A stretch of DNA of 64,000 nt, taken from the IMG/VR virus record IMGVR_UViG_3300020419_001132, one strand, 5' to 3'. The translations under genes and the position numbers were made by a program. The stretch is from a virus. Taxonomy: Duplodnaviria > Caudoviricetes. Positions 9,865 to 20,089 of this stretch are shown here, in pieces; positions within the stretch are counted from its first letter, which is position 1, and every line of letters starts with the position of its first letter. The notes under the pieces were generated by a model. The model searched no databases. It was not told the DNA's origin and saw nothing but the letters and a program-made list of their open reading frames with translations.

Positions 9865-11041
9865 ATTACAGTCAACAGGAATAACAATTGATGGTGCTGA
9901 AGGTCGTGTGAAGCCATGTTGTCATTTTGATTCAAATAAAACTTTTAATATTCCTGACGTAAGTGACATAGAAAATTTTGAGCAAGTGTTAGATAGCAAA
10001 CTTTCAAAACGTATAAAAAAGTTAACAAAAAAAGGAATTTTATTTCAAAAGGAGACAGAGATAATACCTCAGTGTAATACTTGTTGGGATAGAGAGAGAA
10101 ATAAATTACAATCACGTCGTAATTGGTATAACACAAAATTAACCGGAACTGGTGCTACGGTAGAAAATTTGCAAATAGCATTAGATTATACTTGTAATCT
10201 CATGTGTAGAATTTGTGCTCCTAAGCATAGTAGTAAATGGAATAGTGCCAAAGATGTAATAAAAAAATTAAGAACAATTTATCCCGAACATCCAGTTTAT
10301 GAAGCAAATCCTATAAAACAAAATTATTCTGAGAATATAAAAAGAGTCATACAAAATAGTGATTTAACTAATTTAAAAACAATAGAACTGATAGGCGGTG
10401 AACCTTTTTACAGTAAGCATTTTAATTGGTTTATAGAAACTATATGTGAGAAATGTAATCCAGAAAATATTGAATTTTCTACAATTACCAATGGGACTAT
10501 TATACCTCCTAAAGATATATTAGATAAATTACTTAGGTTTAAATGTGTAAACATAAAATTAAGTATTGACGGGTTGGGTCCTTTAGCTGAAAGCACGAGA
10601 CACGGAGTTGATTGGAATACAATAGATAAAAATATTCACACGTGGGCCAAATTGCATAACAAAGCTAATACAAGACAGATAGAAGTCAGAGCCAATCCTA
10701 CAGTAAGTATTCTTAATGTGAATAAATTACAAGAAATTATTGATTATTTTGATGACTGGAAAAATATTACAGTTGCTCCACATGGCTTGGAAGGACCTAG
10801 TTGGTTGTGTTTAGAGCAAATTCCTATTAAAATAAGAAAAAAATGGGTACCAACTTATCGGCATCCGTATCAAAATCATCAATTTAAAAACATTGTACTA
10901 AATGATAGAGTGGTGGAAAATAAATTACAACGGTTTTTAGAAAGCACATTAGTTTTAGATAATCATTACGGCATGGCTTTCAAAGATTGTAATCCAGAAA
11001 TGTACGAAACTATAGAAAGGCTTGTCAATGTGGAACAGTGA
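9845..11041 (+). CDS. Radical SAM protein, N-terminal twitch-like domain (group B)
   Basis: N-terminal C..PCCH..CNTC, then CNLMCRIC and GGEP. Confidence 0.9.
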   Translation: MSQAICKLQSTGITIDGAEGRVKPCCHFDSNKTFNIPDVSDIENFEQVLDSKLSKRIKKLTKKGILFQKETEIIPQCNTCWDRERNKLQSRRNWYNTKLTGTGATVENLQIALDYTCNLMCRICAPKHSSKWNSAKDVIKKLRTIYPEHPVYEANPIKQNYSENIKRVIQNSDLTNLKTIELIGGEPFYSKHFNWFIETICEKCNPENIEFSTITNGTIIPPKDILDKLLRFKCVNIKLSIDGLGPLAESTRHGVDWNTIDKNIHTWAKLHNKANTRQIEVRANPTVSILNVNKLQEIIDYFDDWKNITVAPHGLEGPSWLCLEQIPIKIRKKWVPTYRHPYQNHQFKNIVLNDRVVENKLQRFLESTLVLDNHYGMAFKDCNPEMYETIERLVNVEQ

Positions 11042-11969
11042 TACACTAGAATGGATTGACATTGAACTTACAAGTTTTTGTAATATAAGTTGTAAAGGTT
11101 GTTTTAGGGTAATATCTAAGGAAGCAGATAAAATTCTTAACAAAACATACCTTGATTTGAATGTAATTAAAGAAAAATTTAAAAAAGAAATGTTTCCTAA
11201 TATAAAAATTATTAATTTTTGTGGAAGTGTAGACGAACCTACAACTCATCCTCAGTTTTTTGAAATAATAAAGCACTTTGCAACATGGGATTGTCATATC
11301 AATGTTGCAACAAATGGTAGTTTAAGAACTGCTAGTTGGTGGACTAAACTTGCAGAGATAATGCCTGAAAGCCATGTTGTAACTTGGGGCATAGATGGTA
11401 GTGATGAAACTAGCGAGTTATACAGACAAGGGTCTAATTTTAAAAAAGTACAGCAAAATTTTAGGGCGTTTATAGCCGCCGGAGGCAGAGCTCATTGGCA
11501 ATTTATTGTATTTGAACACAACGAGCACCAATTAGAAATTGCAAAGAAAATGGCAGTAAATGAAGGCTTTAAGGAGTTCAAAACAATCATTAGTCATAGA
11601 AAAGACATAGGTGGAGTGAAACATAAAAAGCTCGAAGTAGAAGAATCTCCTACAATAAGTTGTAAGTATGGTAATCAAAAGCGTATATTTGTAAATCATA
11701 TGGGAAATGTAATTCCTTGTTGTCACCTTAACAGCAAAATGTTAGAATTTTCAGTTAACGATAAACAAAAAGATAGATTTGAACAAATATTAGTTGAAAA
11801 CAACTATATGTCTGATATTAATCTTAAAAATGTTTCATTAGATGATGCTATACATGGTAAAGTTTGGACAGATATACAAAAAAGTTGGAATTCAAACAAT
11901 AGAATACCAAGATGTGAAAGTGTTTGCAAACAAAACATGCGAGATAAATTTATAAAAGAAAAGTTATAG
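11022..11969 (+). CDS. Radical SAM protein, C-terminal twitch-like domain (group A)
   Basis: CNISCKGC; CGSVDEP; PCCH..CESVC. Confidence 0.9.
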   Translation: MSMWNSDTLEWIDIELTSFCNISCKGCFRVISKEADKILNKTYLDLNVIKEKFKKEMFPNIKIINFCGSVDEPTTHPQFFEIIKHFATWDCHINVATNGSLRTASWWTKLAEIMPESHVVTWGIDGSDETSELYRQGSNFKKVQQNFRAFIAAGGRAHWQFIVFEHNEHQLEIAKKMAVNEGFKEFKTIISHRKDIGGVKHKKLEVEESPTISCKYGNQKRIFVNHMGNVIPCCHLNSKMLEFSVNDKQKDRFEQILVENNYMSDINLKNVSLDDAIHGKVWTDIQKSWNSNNRIPRCESVCKQNMRDKFIKEKL

Positions 11970-12608
11970 TATAGTATAGGTTACTTTTTTATCATATCGT
12001 TCTACATACCGTAGTATATCATTACTTTCATCTTTTAAAACAACATTACTGTGGAAGTTTGTATTTGGATAACCTATTCCTAACATTGTTATAATATTTG
12101 AGTCAAGAGTATACCCTATACTTTTAAGATAATTTTTAAGTAATTCGGTGTTATAACAACAACAAAATCCTGTTCTCATGCCCAGCTGATTTGCGGCTAG
12201 TGCAACAGCACCAGAGCTAATACCTGCAGATAAAGTAGCATTAAAATTGTGTACATGGTGTTGTTGCTGTATACTATCCTTTTTTTCATGGCCAGCATAT
12301 TTAAAATTATCTCCTGTGTATTCATTTTTTAAATATATGAAAAGTAAAGGACTATCAACTTGAGAGTTTCTGTCCTTAGTACCCTTGTTTTCTTCGTCAA
12401 TAGAACATTTATATATATTTTTGTTGTAAACAGGATTATCAGAAACCAATAGATGATAATACGCTTGATTTTGCTTTGTAGGAAGATCTATAGCTATATT
12501 GATCAAGGTATACTTTACAAGTTGGGATATTTTTTTATTTCTATCCCAATTACGTTGACATTGATTTGCAGTTTTACTAGCACTTACTAGTAATTTTCTA
12601 ACACCCAT
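11964..12608 (-). CDS. Nitroreductase-family (FMN-dependent) protein
   Basis: SASKTANQ..W start motif, ALAANQLGMRTGFCCC, MLGIGYP C-terminal signature. Confidence 0.65.
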   Translation of the reverse strand: MGVRKLLVSASKTANQCQRNWDRNKKISQLVKYTLINIAIDLPTKQNQAYYHLLVSDNPVYNKNIYKCSIDEENKGTKDRNSQVDSPLLFIYLKNEYTGDNFKYAGHEKKDSIQQQHHVHNFNATLSAGISSGAVALAANQLGMRTGFCCCYNTELLKNYLKSIGYTLDSNIITMLGIGYPNTNFHSNVVLKDESNDILRYVERYDKKVTYTIL

Positions 12609-12653
12609 GTGAAACCCTGTTTTTCAGCTTAAATAAATCCATACTAAGTTTAA

Positions 12654-12669
12654 TATAAATATATTTATG
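12654..12669. promoter_or_regulatory. Bidirectional T4-late-like promoter
   Basis: TATAAATA on + (12654-12661) and CATAAATA on - (12669-12662) form the palindrome ATAAATATATTTAT between divergent genes. Confidence 0.55.
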
Positions 12670-12691
12670 TTCATTAAAGTAGTAGTTAACT

Positions 12692-14098
12692 ATGCATAGA
12701 AAACCTCCTTCAGAAACGTTTTGCTTGTTACCATGGGTGCATTTAAGCACTAGACCAGATGGAAGTATGCGAGTATGCTGTACTGCAAACGCAAGTTCAG
12801 TAGGAGCTACTAATGACCGAGAACACGGTGGGCAAGTGGGTATTTTAAAAACAGAAGATGGTAAACCAAACAATTTAAATGTAAGTGACTTCGAAACTGC
12901 TTGGAATAGCACATATATGAAAAATGTACGTAAGCAGATGCTTAACGGAGAAAAACCGCCTAGCTGTTTGAAATGTTATAAAGAAGAAGCGGCCGGCCAC
13001 AAAAGTAAGCGTATGTGGGAAACACATTACTGGGGACAGCGTGTTGATTTAGATAAAATACTAGCTGACACCAAAGAGGATGGGTCTGTTCCTCCACAAC
13101 TAGCATACATAGATTTACGTTTTGGTACCAAATGTCAGTTAGCTTGTGTTATGTGTTCTCCACATGACAGTTCTGGTTGGATTAAGGATTGGAAAGCTGT
13201 TTTTCCTGCTGTAGAAAATGCTAGTCTGAAAGAAACTATGCAATGGAAAGACAAGGGTAGTTTTAACGGAAGTAGCTATAACTGGCACAAACAAAATCCT
13301 ACATTTTGGAAACAGTTTTATGAGCAGATGCCAAGTATGCAACAGATATATTTTGCAGGCGGCGAAAGTTTAATTATTGAGGAGCATTATGAAATACTTG
13401 AACATGCTATTAAAATGGGATATGCTAAAAATTTAGAGTTACGATATAATTCAAATGGTGTTGAATGGCGTGACGATTTGTTTGACCTTTGGAAGCATTT
13501 TAAATTAGTGCGTTTTCACTATAGTGTAGATAGCATAAAACAAATGAATGATTACATACGTTATCCTAGTGAGTGGAAACGGCAAGAAGAAGTTTTCCAT
13601 ATTTTAGATAATGAAACAAGTGATAATGTTGAAGTAACTATAGCTTGTGCAGTACAGGCTTTAAACATTTATTACATTCCAGATTTTATAAAATGGAAAC
13701 TTGAAAAGAAATTTAGAAAAATAAACATGTGGCCGTTTGCCGCAGGAGCAATAAATTATCATTTTGTTTATCATCCGCCACATCTTAATGTAAAGATATT
13801 ACCTACATGGTTTAAAAAAGAATGTAGATTAAAGTATGAAAGATTTTATCCATGGTGGGAAGAAAATTGGGAGTTAGGTGTACCTAGTTGGCATAAAGGT
13901 AAAGTAACATATGAAGAATGGCGTAGTGCAGAATACGGCATTAAGAGACTAAAAGGTATGCTTAAATTTATGGAAAGTGAAGATTGGAGTAGGCGTCTAC
14001 CTGAGATGAAGGAATTTCTACAACTTTGTGATAAGCAAAGAGGCATAACTTTCGAAAAAACTTTTCCTGAAATGCGGGGCATATTTAATGATTTCTAA
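12692..14098 (+). CDS. Radical SAM protein, N-terminal twitch-like domain (group B)
   Basis: FCLLPW..VCC..CLKC; CQLACVMC; AGGES. Confidence 0.9.
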   Translation: MHRKPPSETFCLLPWVHLSTRPDGSMRVCCTANASSVGATNDREHGGQVGILKTEDGKPNNLNVSDFETAWNSTYMKNVRKQMLNGEKPPSCLKCYKEEAAGHKSKRMWETHYWGQRVDLDKILADTKEDGSVPPQLAYIDLRFGTKCQLACVMCSPHDSSGWIKDWKAVFPAVENASLKETMQWKDKGSFNGSSYNWHKQNPTFWKQFYEQMPSMQQIYFAGGESLIIEEHYEILEHAIKMGYAKNLELRYNSNGVEWRDDLFDLWKHFKLVRFHYSVDSIKQMNDYIRYPSEWKRQEEVFHILDNETSDNVEVTIACAVQALNIYYIPDFIKWKLEKKFRKINMWPFAAGAINYHFVYHPPHLNVKILPTWFKKECRLKYERFYPWWEENWELGVPSWHKGKVTYEEWRSAEYGIKRLKGMLKFMESEDWSRRLPEMKEFLQLCDKQRGITFEKTFPEMRGIFNDF

Positions 14099-15326
14099 TA
14101 CAATGTGCCCTTATCCTTACATGCATCAGTTAATTAGTTCCTCAGGAACTGTTACACCTTGCTGTCATGTTTATGAACCTCCTGGTACTCCTTGGAAAAA
14201 AGTAAATTTTAGAGATGGCATAACAACTGACTTACATAAGTTAATGCGTAAGCAAATGGAAAGTGGTAAATGGCCTGGTATTTGTGTAAAATGCAAAGAT
14301 CAAGAACTTAGGGGAGATATTAGTCATAGACAACTTGCCCTTGAACAATTTGGGAATACACACGATATTAAAATAAAATCACTTGACGTGGCATATACTA
14401 ATAAATGTAATTTAGCATGTAGAATGTGTAAACCTTCAGATAGTAGTTTGCTAGACGAACTTTATATAAAAGCAAAAGAAGATGGCATAAATGAGATTCC
14501 TAGTTGGATTAAGATTTTTGGACATTCACCTACTTATGAATACGAAGCCATAGAAAAGGTTAAGTACACGAAGAAACTTATTGCAGAAGGATTAACTAAT
14601 TTAAAAGTAACTGGCGGAGAACCTACAGCGTGTAAACATTTTATGGGACTAGTTGAATGGATATTACAAAAGGGCCACGCAAAGAATATAGCTATACAAA
14701 TTACAACAAATGGTACAAAACTTAATAAAGTGTTAATTAAAAAATTACTACAGTTTAAACAAGTAAAGTTAGTATTAAGTATAGACGGCACTGGAAATGT
14801 ATACAACTATGTTAGACATCACGGTTCTTGGGATAAAACATATAGTAACTTACAGGAATTATCAAAGCATCCTAGTATAACAGTAAGTGTAGCATGTATT
14901 GCTTCTTTTTTTAACACTACTAATATAATAGATTTAATATACCAATGTGCAGAACTTGGCATTGCAGTTCATGTTGATCAAGATCTTAAACCAAGAAATT
15001 CAGAAATAACACCGTACAATCACGATAGTAATATTTCAAGTATCCTATTAGACCAAGCGACCCAATTAAGAAAAGATTTTAAAAGTTGGAAATCGTATAG
15101 TGGTGAAGACACAAAAATGCCGGTTGGATTTAATAAAATTATTTGGTATGCAAATAAGTCAGCAAAAACACTTGAAAATATTGCTAATACTCCACGTCCT
15201 AAAGGACATATTAGAGATCGATTACAACAGACAATAAAAATACAAGACAAGTTATATAATACCAACTTTGAAGATTTTCTGCAACCTGAACAAATAAGAT
15301 ACCTAGGTGGTAACTATGCCCAGTGA
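14088..15326 (+). CDS. Radical SAM protein, N-terminal twitch-like domain (group B)
   Basis: CPYPY..PCCH..CVKC; CNLACRMC; TGGEP. Confidence 0.9.
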   Translation: MISNTMCPYPYMHQLISSSGTVTPCCHVYEPPGTPWKKVNFRDGITTDLHKLMRKQMESGKWPGICVKCKDQELRGDISHRQLALEQFGNTHDIKIKSLDVAYTNKCNLACRMCKPSDSSLLDELYIKAKEDGINEIPSWIKIFGHSPTYEYEAIEKVKYTKKLIAEGLTNLKVTGGEPTACKHFMGLVEWILQKGHAKNIAIQITTNGTKLNKVLIKKLLQFKQVKLVLSIDGTGNVYNYVRHHGSWDKTYSNLQELSKHPSITVSVACIASFFNTTNIIDLIYQCAELGIAVHVDQDLKPRNSEITPYNHDSNISSILLDQATQLRKDFKSWKSYSGEDTKMPVGFNKIIWYANKSAKTLENIANTPRPKGHIRDRLQQTIKIQDKLYNTNFEDFLQPEQIRYLGGNYAQ

Positions 15327-17838
15327 AGTTAAATTACCTTGTTACTATGCCCACGGAGGGTTGAATTATAAAAACGGATTTGCAACAGTATGTCCTATTA
15401 GCGGAGCTAGGTTAAAAGAAATAGATGAAGAACTTCCTAGTAAATTTTGGAATAATAATTATTTTACAGAATACAGAAAATCTTTAGATAGAGGCGTCTA
15501 TCCTCCTGATTGTAACCTATGTAAAACTAACGAAGAAAATAATATAAAAAGTATGAGACAGGATTACCCTGCAGATTTATCTAATTATGATCCAGCTACT
15601 GGAAAAGTAAACTTTGCAGGATTAAAACATGTAGAACTAAGATTTAGTAATGCTTGTAATATGGCTTGCTTACATTGTAGTGATGTTTATAGTAGCCAAT
15701 GGGGTAGCAGGTTAAAAGATTATGTACCAGATGAAATAGATAAGGAATATAACTTAGAACAATTACTTAAAACACAACACCGAGTATGGTGGCCGGAAAG
15801 AGATGCTAACTGGAAAGTAGGAAATAAAGATCCGGGACCTGCAAAGTTTTTTGATGTAAACATAAGTTTAAAGACAGCCCATGTACTAGAAATTGTAGAA
15901 GATTTAATTAAAAATTTTCCTAATATAGAAAAGATAGATTTTGCAGGCGGAGAAGTATTATATCAAAAACAATTTTTTCCATGTTTACATAAATTAGCTG
16001 AACACCCTAATGCTAAAAATATATTAATATTTTTCCATAGTAATTTTAATGCTGACTTTGATGTTCAAGATCTAAGTGATGCTTTGGAACCTTTTGGCAA
16101 AAGTCAAATTCAGATTAGTGTTGATGCAGGAACAAATATATATCCTTACTTTAGAGACGGCAGTTGGAAAAAGTTAAAAGAAAATTTAAAAAACTTTAAC
16201 CAAGTAAATAACTTTACTGAGATAAATGCAGTATGTACTACTAGTGCATACCAGATAATGGATATAGAAAATGTAATAGAATCTTTACTTGAATTAAACT
16301 TAAATGCTATAAATTGTAGTATTGTTTATACCCCAAGATACATAAATCCAGCTATAATGATGCGACATTTTTCTAAGGAAGTAATTGAAGATTTAGAATC
16401 TACTAGAGAAATAATTAGACATATTGAATCAGTAAGATATTTAGATGATCCGAAAAAACACAGATCGTGGAACGGACAGATATTTAGTGACATTAGATCT
16501 GCACTTCAGGGTATAGACAATATAGAAGAATATGTTACTAATTACAAACATACAGTAGAAAAAGACTGGGAAGGGTTTTTACACTACAGTAAAAAAATGG
16601 ACAAATTGTGGAAAAAAGATTTTAATAAACATTTTATAAAATACAAAAGAAAGGATGGTAAAATGAATAGAATAAACATAGTAAAAGCTCACGTACTTAC
16701 ATATGAGTCAATTCCCTACAAGGAATCAATAAAAGTTCCTGTCAGTAACAATCATGTAGACGCTATCCTTGAGAAACAGAAATTACTTAAAAATGTCCCC
16801 CAATTAAGAAAGCGATCCGACGAAGTTGATGTTTGGAAAGAAAAATTACAAAAATTAAACGATGAAAGAAATTATTCTGAACATGTTAAGGATTTAGGAC
16901 CTGAAGAAAAGAAAGCATTTGCAGATGCAAAAAATGATAGTGAGATGTATGAGATTATTAGAACACATCATCAAGATGAAATACGCAAACGTCTATTAGA
17001 TCGACAAAACCTAAGCAAAGTAAAACTTGTAACAGAAGAAATAAGAAAAATTATTTTTTTAAGAGAAGAAGAAAATATTAGAAACTTAATTAGGCGTGGA
17101 ATAAAAACATTTGATCAAGACGGAGTTGATATACCTTTGAATCCGTGTTGGAATAAAATAGCAATTATGCTAAGTGGTGGAGCAGATAGTGCTAGTCTTG
17201 CTTACATACTCTGTGCAGAAATTGAAAAAAATAAACATGAATGTACTGTAGATATTTTAAGTTCACATAGATGTTGGGAAACCAGACCATGGCAGGCAGA
17301 TATTAGCTTAAGAGTTTTTAACTGGCTAAAAGATAGATTTCCGAATATAATTGGAGAACGTTTTACAACCTTTGTTGCACCACAACTAGAACACGGTGTA
17401 TCTGGAGAGATGTTTGATGGCAGATCTGGAGAACAGGTTCTAATGTCAGAATTTAACAACTATATGGCTCATGCTAATGGATACAATGCTGTGTATAATG
17501 CAACAACTGCTAACCTACCAGGATATACTGGGCAAAGAATGCTTAATAGAGATGAAGGTGCTGAAAAGTTTGTAGGCATAGCAAAAGAAGGAGGTTGGTG
17601 GAATTTACAACCATATTCACATGTTCCAAAAGATTGGGTAATCAAGCAGTACAAAGATTTAAATATACTGGACTTCTTAAATTTAACACGAAGCTGTGAA
17701 GGAGATTCACAAAAAGAACGTACCCATTTTGGAATGGATGCTACGTGGTACAAGTGTACTGGAGAAATACCAGACGAGTGTGGTATTTGTTATTGGTGCA
17801 AAGAAAGAAAATGGGCTATGGAAAAGAATGAGCTTTGA
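15307..17838 (+). CDS. Fusion of a radical SAM domain (group B) to a QueC-like PP-loop ATPase domain
   Basis: N half has CNMACLHC and AGGEV. C-terminal part has SGGADS (PP-loop) and TRSCEG..CGICYWCKER (QueC-type Zn site). Confidence 0.8.
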   Translation: MVTMPSEVKLPCYYAHGGLNYKNGFATVCPISGARLKEIDEELPSKFWNNNYFTEYRKSLDRGVYPPDCNLCKTNEENNIKSMRQDYPADLSNYDPATGKVNFAGLKHVELRFSNACNMACLHCSDVYSSQWGSRLKDYVPDEIDKEYNLEQLLKTQHRVWWPERDANWKVGNKDPGPAKFFDVNISLKTAHVLEIVEDLIKNFPNIEKIDFAGGEVLYQKQFFPCLHKLAEHPNAKNILIFFHSNFNADFDVQDLSDALEPFGKSQIQISVDAGTNIYPYFRDGSWKKLKENLKNFNQVNNFTEINAVCTTSAYQIMDIENVIESLLELNLNAINCSIVYTPRYINPAIMMRHFSKEVIEDLESTREIIRHIESVRYLDDPKKHRSWNGQIFSDIRSALQGIDNIEEYVTNYKHTVEKDWEGFLHYSKKMDKLWKKDFNKHFIKYKRKDGKMNRINIVKAHVLTYESIPYKESIKVPVSNNHVDAILEKQKLLKNVPQLRKRSDEVDVWKEKLQKLNDERNYSEHVKDLGPEEKKAFADAKNDSEMYEIIRTHHQDEIRKRLLDRQNLSKVKLVTEEIRKIIFLREEENIRNLIRRGIKTFDQDGVDIPLNPCWNKIAIMLSGGADSASLAYILCAEIEKNKHECTVDILSSHRCWETRPWQADISLRVFNWLKDRFPNIIGERFTTFVAPQLEHGVSGEMFDGRSGEQVLMSEFNNYMAHANGYNAVYNATTANLPGYTGQRMLNRDEGAEKFVGIAKEGGWWNLQPYSHVPKDWVIKQYKDLNILDFLNLTRSCEGDSQKERTHFGMDATWYKCTGEIPDECGICYWCKERKWAMEKNEL

Positions 17839-19003
17839 TACAATTGACTTATTAACTGGAAAAGTATTTCAAGTAACCTGGGATACTGGTAGAAGATGTA
17901 ACTATGATTGTAGTTATTGTCCTGTACATCGACATGACAATTTTAGTAAACATGCAACATTAGATGAACTTAAAGCAAACACAGATTTTTTATTCGAGTA
18001 TATAGATACATACATGCAATACAGAGATTATAAGTATGCTAGTATCAGTTTTACAGGCGGAGAACCTACTGTAAACCCCAATTTTATTCCTTTTATACAA
18101 TACTTAAAAAATGAATACAATACAAGATATGCAAATAAATGGAATGCAAATTTTGCATTGACAAGTAATGGAGCCATGGGAGAAAAAATGGCTCAACGTG
18201 TAATGGAAAACATGAGACATATAACAGTAAGTTATCATGCAGAAAGCGATATTAAATTAAAGCAACAGGTTAGAGATAGAATATTACAGTTTCATACAGA
18301 CGGACCGGCTCACAAAATGACTTTAAGTATAAATGTAATGTTTCACGCAGAGCATTTTGATGAATGTAAAGACCTTTGTGAGTTTTTAGATGAGCATGGA
18401 GTAAAATATGTACCTAGAATAATAGGCGAGGAAGCGGGCAGTAGGAATAACTTTGCTCATCAATATACAGATCAACAACTAGATTACATAAAAAATTATT
18501 GGAAATATAAAAACGAAAAACTTAATAACACCAGAGAAGAAGCTAACATTTTAAGTGCCGCCGGAGAAAAAACTACAGAAAAGAAAAAATTAGGCTTTAC
18601 AGTAGGTAGACCATGTTGTGGTAGCAGAGAAATGTGTTTAAGTATGAAAGGCAAAAGTAGAAAAGCAACCTTTGTAGATATGCGTGAATTTAAAGGTTGG
18701 AATTGTAGCGTAAACTGGTTTTTCTTACATTTAGAACAACAAACAGATAGCATTTATCATCATCAAACATGCCAAGCTAGGTTTGATAAAACTAGAGGAC
18801 CTATTGGAAAATTAAGTGAAGGCAAAAAATTAATTGCAGAACTAAAAAGTAATTTAAAAAATAATACAATGCCGACTGTAGTATGTCCTAAGCATACCTG
18901 TGGATGTGGGTTGTGTGCGCCTAAATCAAAATATAAAGAAAATTATATGGAAGTAATGAAAAATCACATAGATACTTCTGTATTAGGAACCATAAGTGGA
19001 TAA
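17828..19003 (+). CDS. Radical SAM protein (group C)
   Basis: WDTGRRCNYDCSYC; TGGEPT; Cys-rich C-terminus CPKHTCGCGLC. True start is probably ATG 17828, coupled to the upstream stop. Confidence 0.9.
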   Translation: MSFDTIDLLTGKVFQVTWDTGRRCNYDCSYCPVHRHDNFSKHATLDELKANTDFLFEYIDTYMQYRDYKYASISFTGGEPTVNPNFIPFIQYLKNEYNTRYANKWNANFALTSNGAMGEKMAQRVMENMRHITVSYHAESDIKLKQQVRDRILQFHTDGPAHKMTLSINVMFHAEHFDECKDLCEFLDEHGVKYVPRIIGEEAGSRNNFAHQYTDQQLDYIKNYWKYKNEKLNNTREEANILSAAGEKTTEKKKLGFTVGRPCCGSREMCLSMKGKSRKATFVDMREFKGWNCSVNWFFLHLEQQTDSIYHHQTCQARFDKTRGPIGKLSEGKKLIAELKSNLKNNTMPTVVCPKHTCGCGLCAPKSKYKENYMEVMKNHIDTSVLGTISG

Positions 19004-20087
19004 GAAATATGCATGTCCTCTACCGTTCAATCATATGGCGGTAAGACCTGATGGTCAAATTTTTCCATGCTGTATTTTTAGATGGGACGATGTTCCTGAA
19101 GATTTAAATATCTATCATAAAGACCCTTTTAACCATAATTACATGAAAAAACTTAGACAAGACATGTTAGAAGATAAACCTATTTCAGGTTGTTCGCATT
19201 GTTATGATAGGGAAAAAAGTAATGCTAGTAGTTTTAGATTAGAAGCATGGAACGAACAGGAAAAGTATGGTACGACAAGTTTGTCTACAGGACAAGAACC
19301 TCAATTACGGTATGTTGACCTAAGTATTAGTAACACTTGTAACAACAAGTGTAGAATGTGTGTTCCTGCTTTAAGCACTCATTGGTATAGTGATGCAAAA
19401 AAATTAGGACTACAAATTCCAAAAGGAATAGTAAGAAATCCTTTTATAGAAAACACAGATTTTTCAACATTAAGTTATATAAAATTATTAGGCGGAGAGC
19501 CTTTAATGGAGCAAAATGTATTAATAAAGATTTTAAAACAATGTGATTTAGAAAATCTAACAGTACATTTAATTACAAATGCAACTTTAAGACCTAACGA
19601 AGAATTGCTTAATTTATTTGAAAAATGTAAACAAGTAAAGGTTACATTAAGCATAGATGCATATGGAGATTTAAATGACTTTTTACGTAAAGGAAGTTAC
19701 TGGAAAACTACATTTAAAAATCTGCTGTGGTTTTTAGATATGTTTCCAAAGTCCTCTGTTCATAGTGTTCTAAGCATTTACAATATAAACAAAGCAAAAG
19801 AATTTGTTTATTTTTGCAATGAATTAAAAAAAGGCTGTCAAAAGTATTTTCTTATAGATGGACCCGATTATATGATGCCAAGACATTTACCAGAACAAGT
19901 TAAACCAAAAATACTAGAAAGTTTACAAGGTATAGAAAGTTTTGAAGTATATGAAAAAGAATTACATAAAACGGGAGATTTTAATATATTTGTTAAACAA
20001 GACAAAGTAATGAATAATTTGCGTAATGAACATTGGAAAAATGCAAATCCGGACTTGCATAATCTTGTAAAAGAGTATATAATATAA
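18996..20087 (+). CDS. Radical SAM protein, N-terminal twitch-like domain (group B)
   Basis: CPLPF..PCC..CSHC; CNNKCRMC; LGGEP. Confidence 0.9.
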   Translation: MDKKYACPLPFNHMAVRPDGQIFPCCIFRWDDVPEDLNIYHKDPFNHNYMKKLRQDMLEDKPISGCSHCYDREKSNASSFRLEAWNEQEKYGTTSLSTGQEPQLRYVDLSISNTCNNKCRMCVPALSTHWYSDAKKLGLQIPKGIVRNPFIENTDFSTLSYIKLLGGEPLMEQNVLIKILKQCDLENLTVHLITNATLRPNEELLNLFEKCKQVKVTLSIDAYGDLNDFLRKGSYWKTTFKNLLWFLDMFPKSSVHSVLSIYNINKAKEFVYFCNELKKGCQKYFLIDGPDYMMPRHLPEQVKPKILESLQGIESFEVYEKELHKTGDFNIFVKQDKVMNNLRNEHWKNANPDLHNLVKEYII

Positions 20088-20089
20088 GT

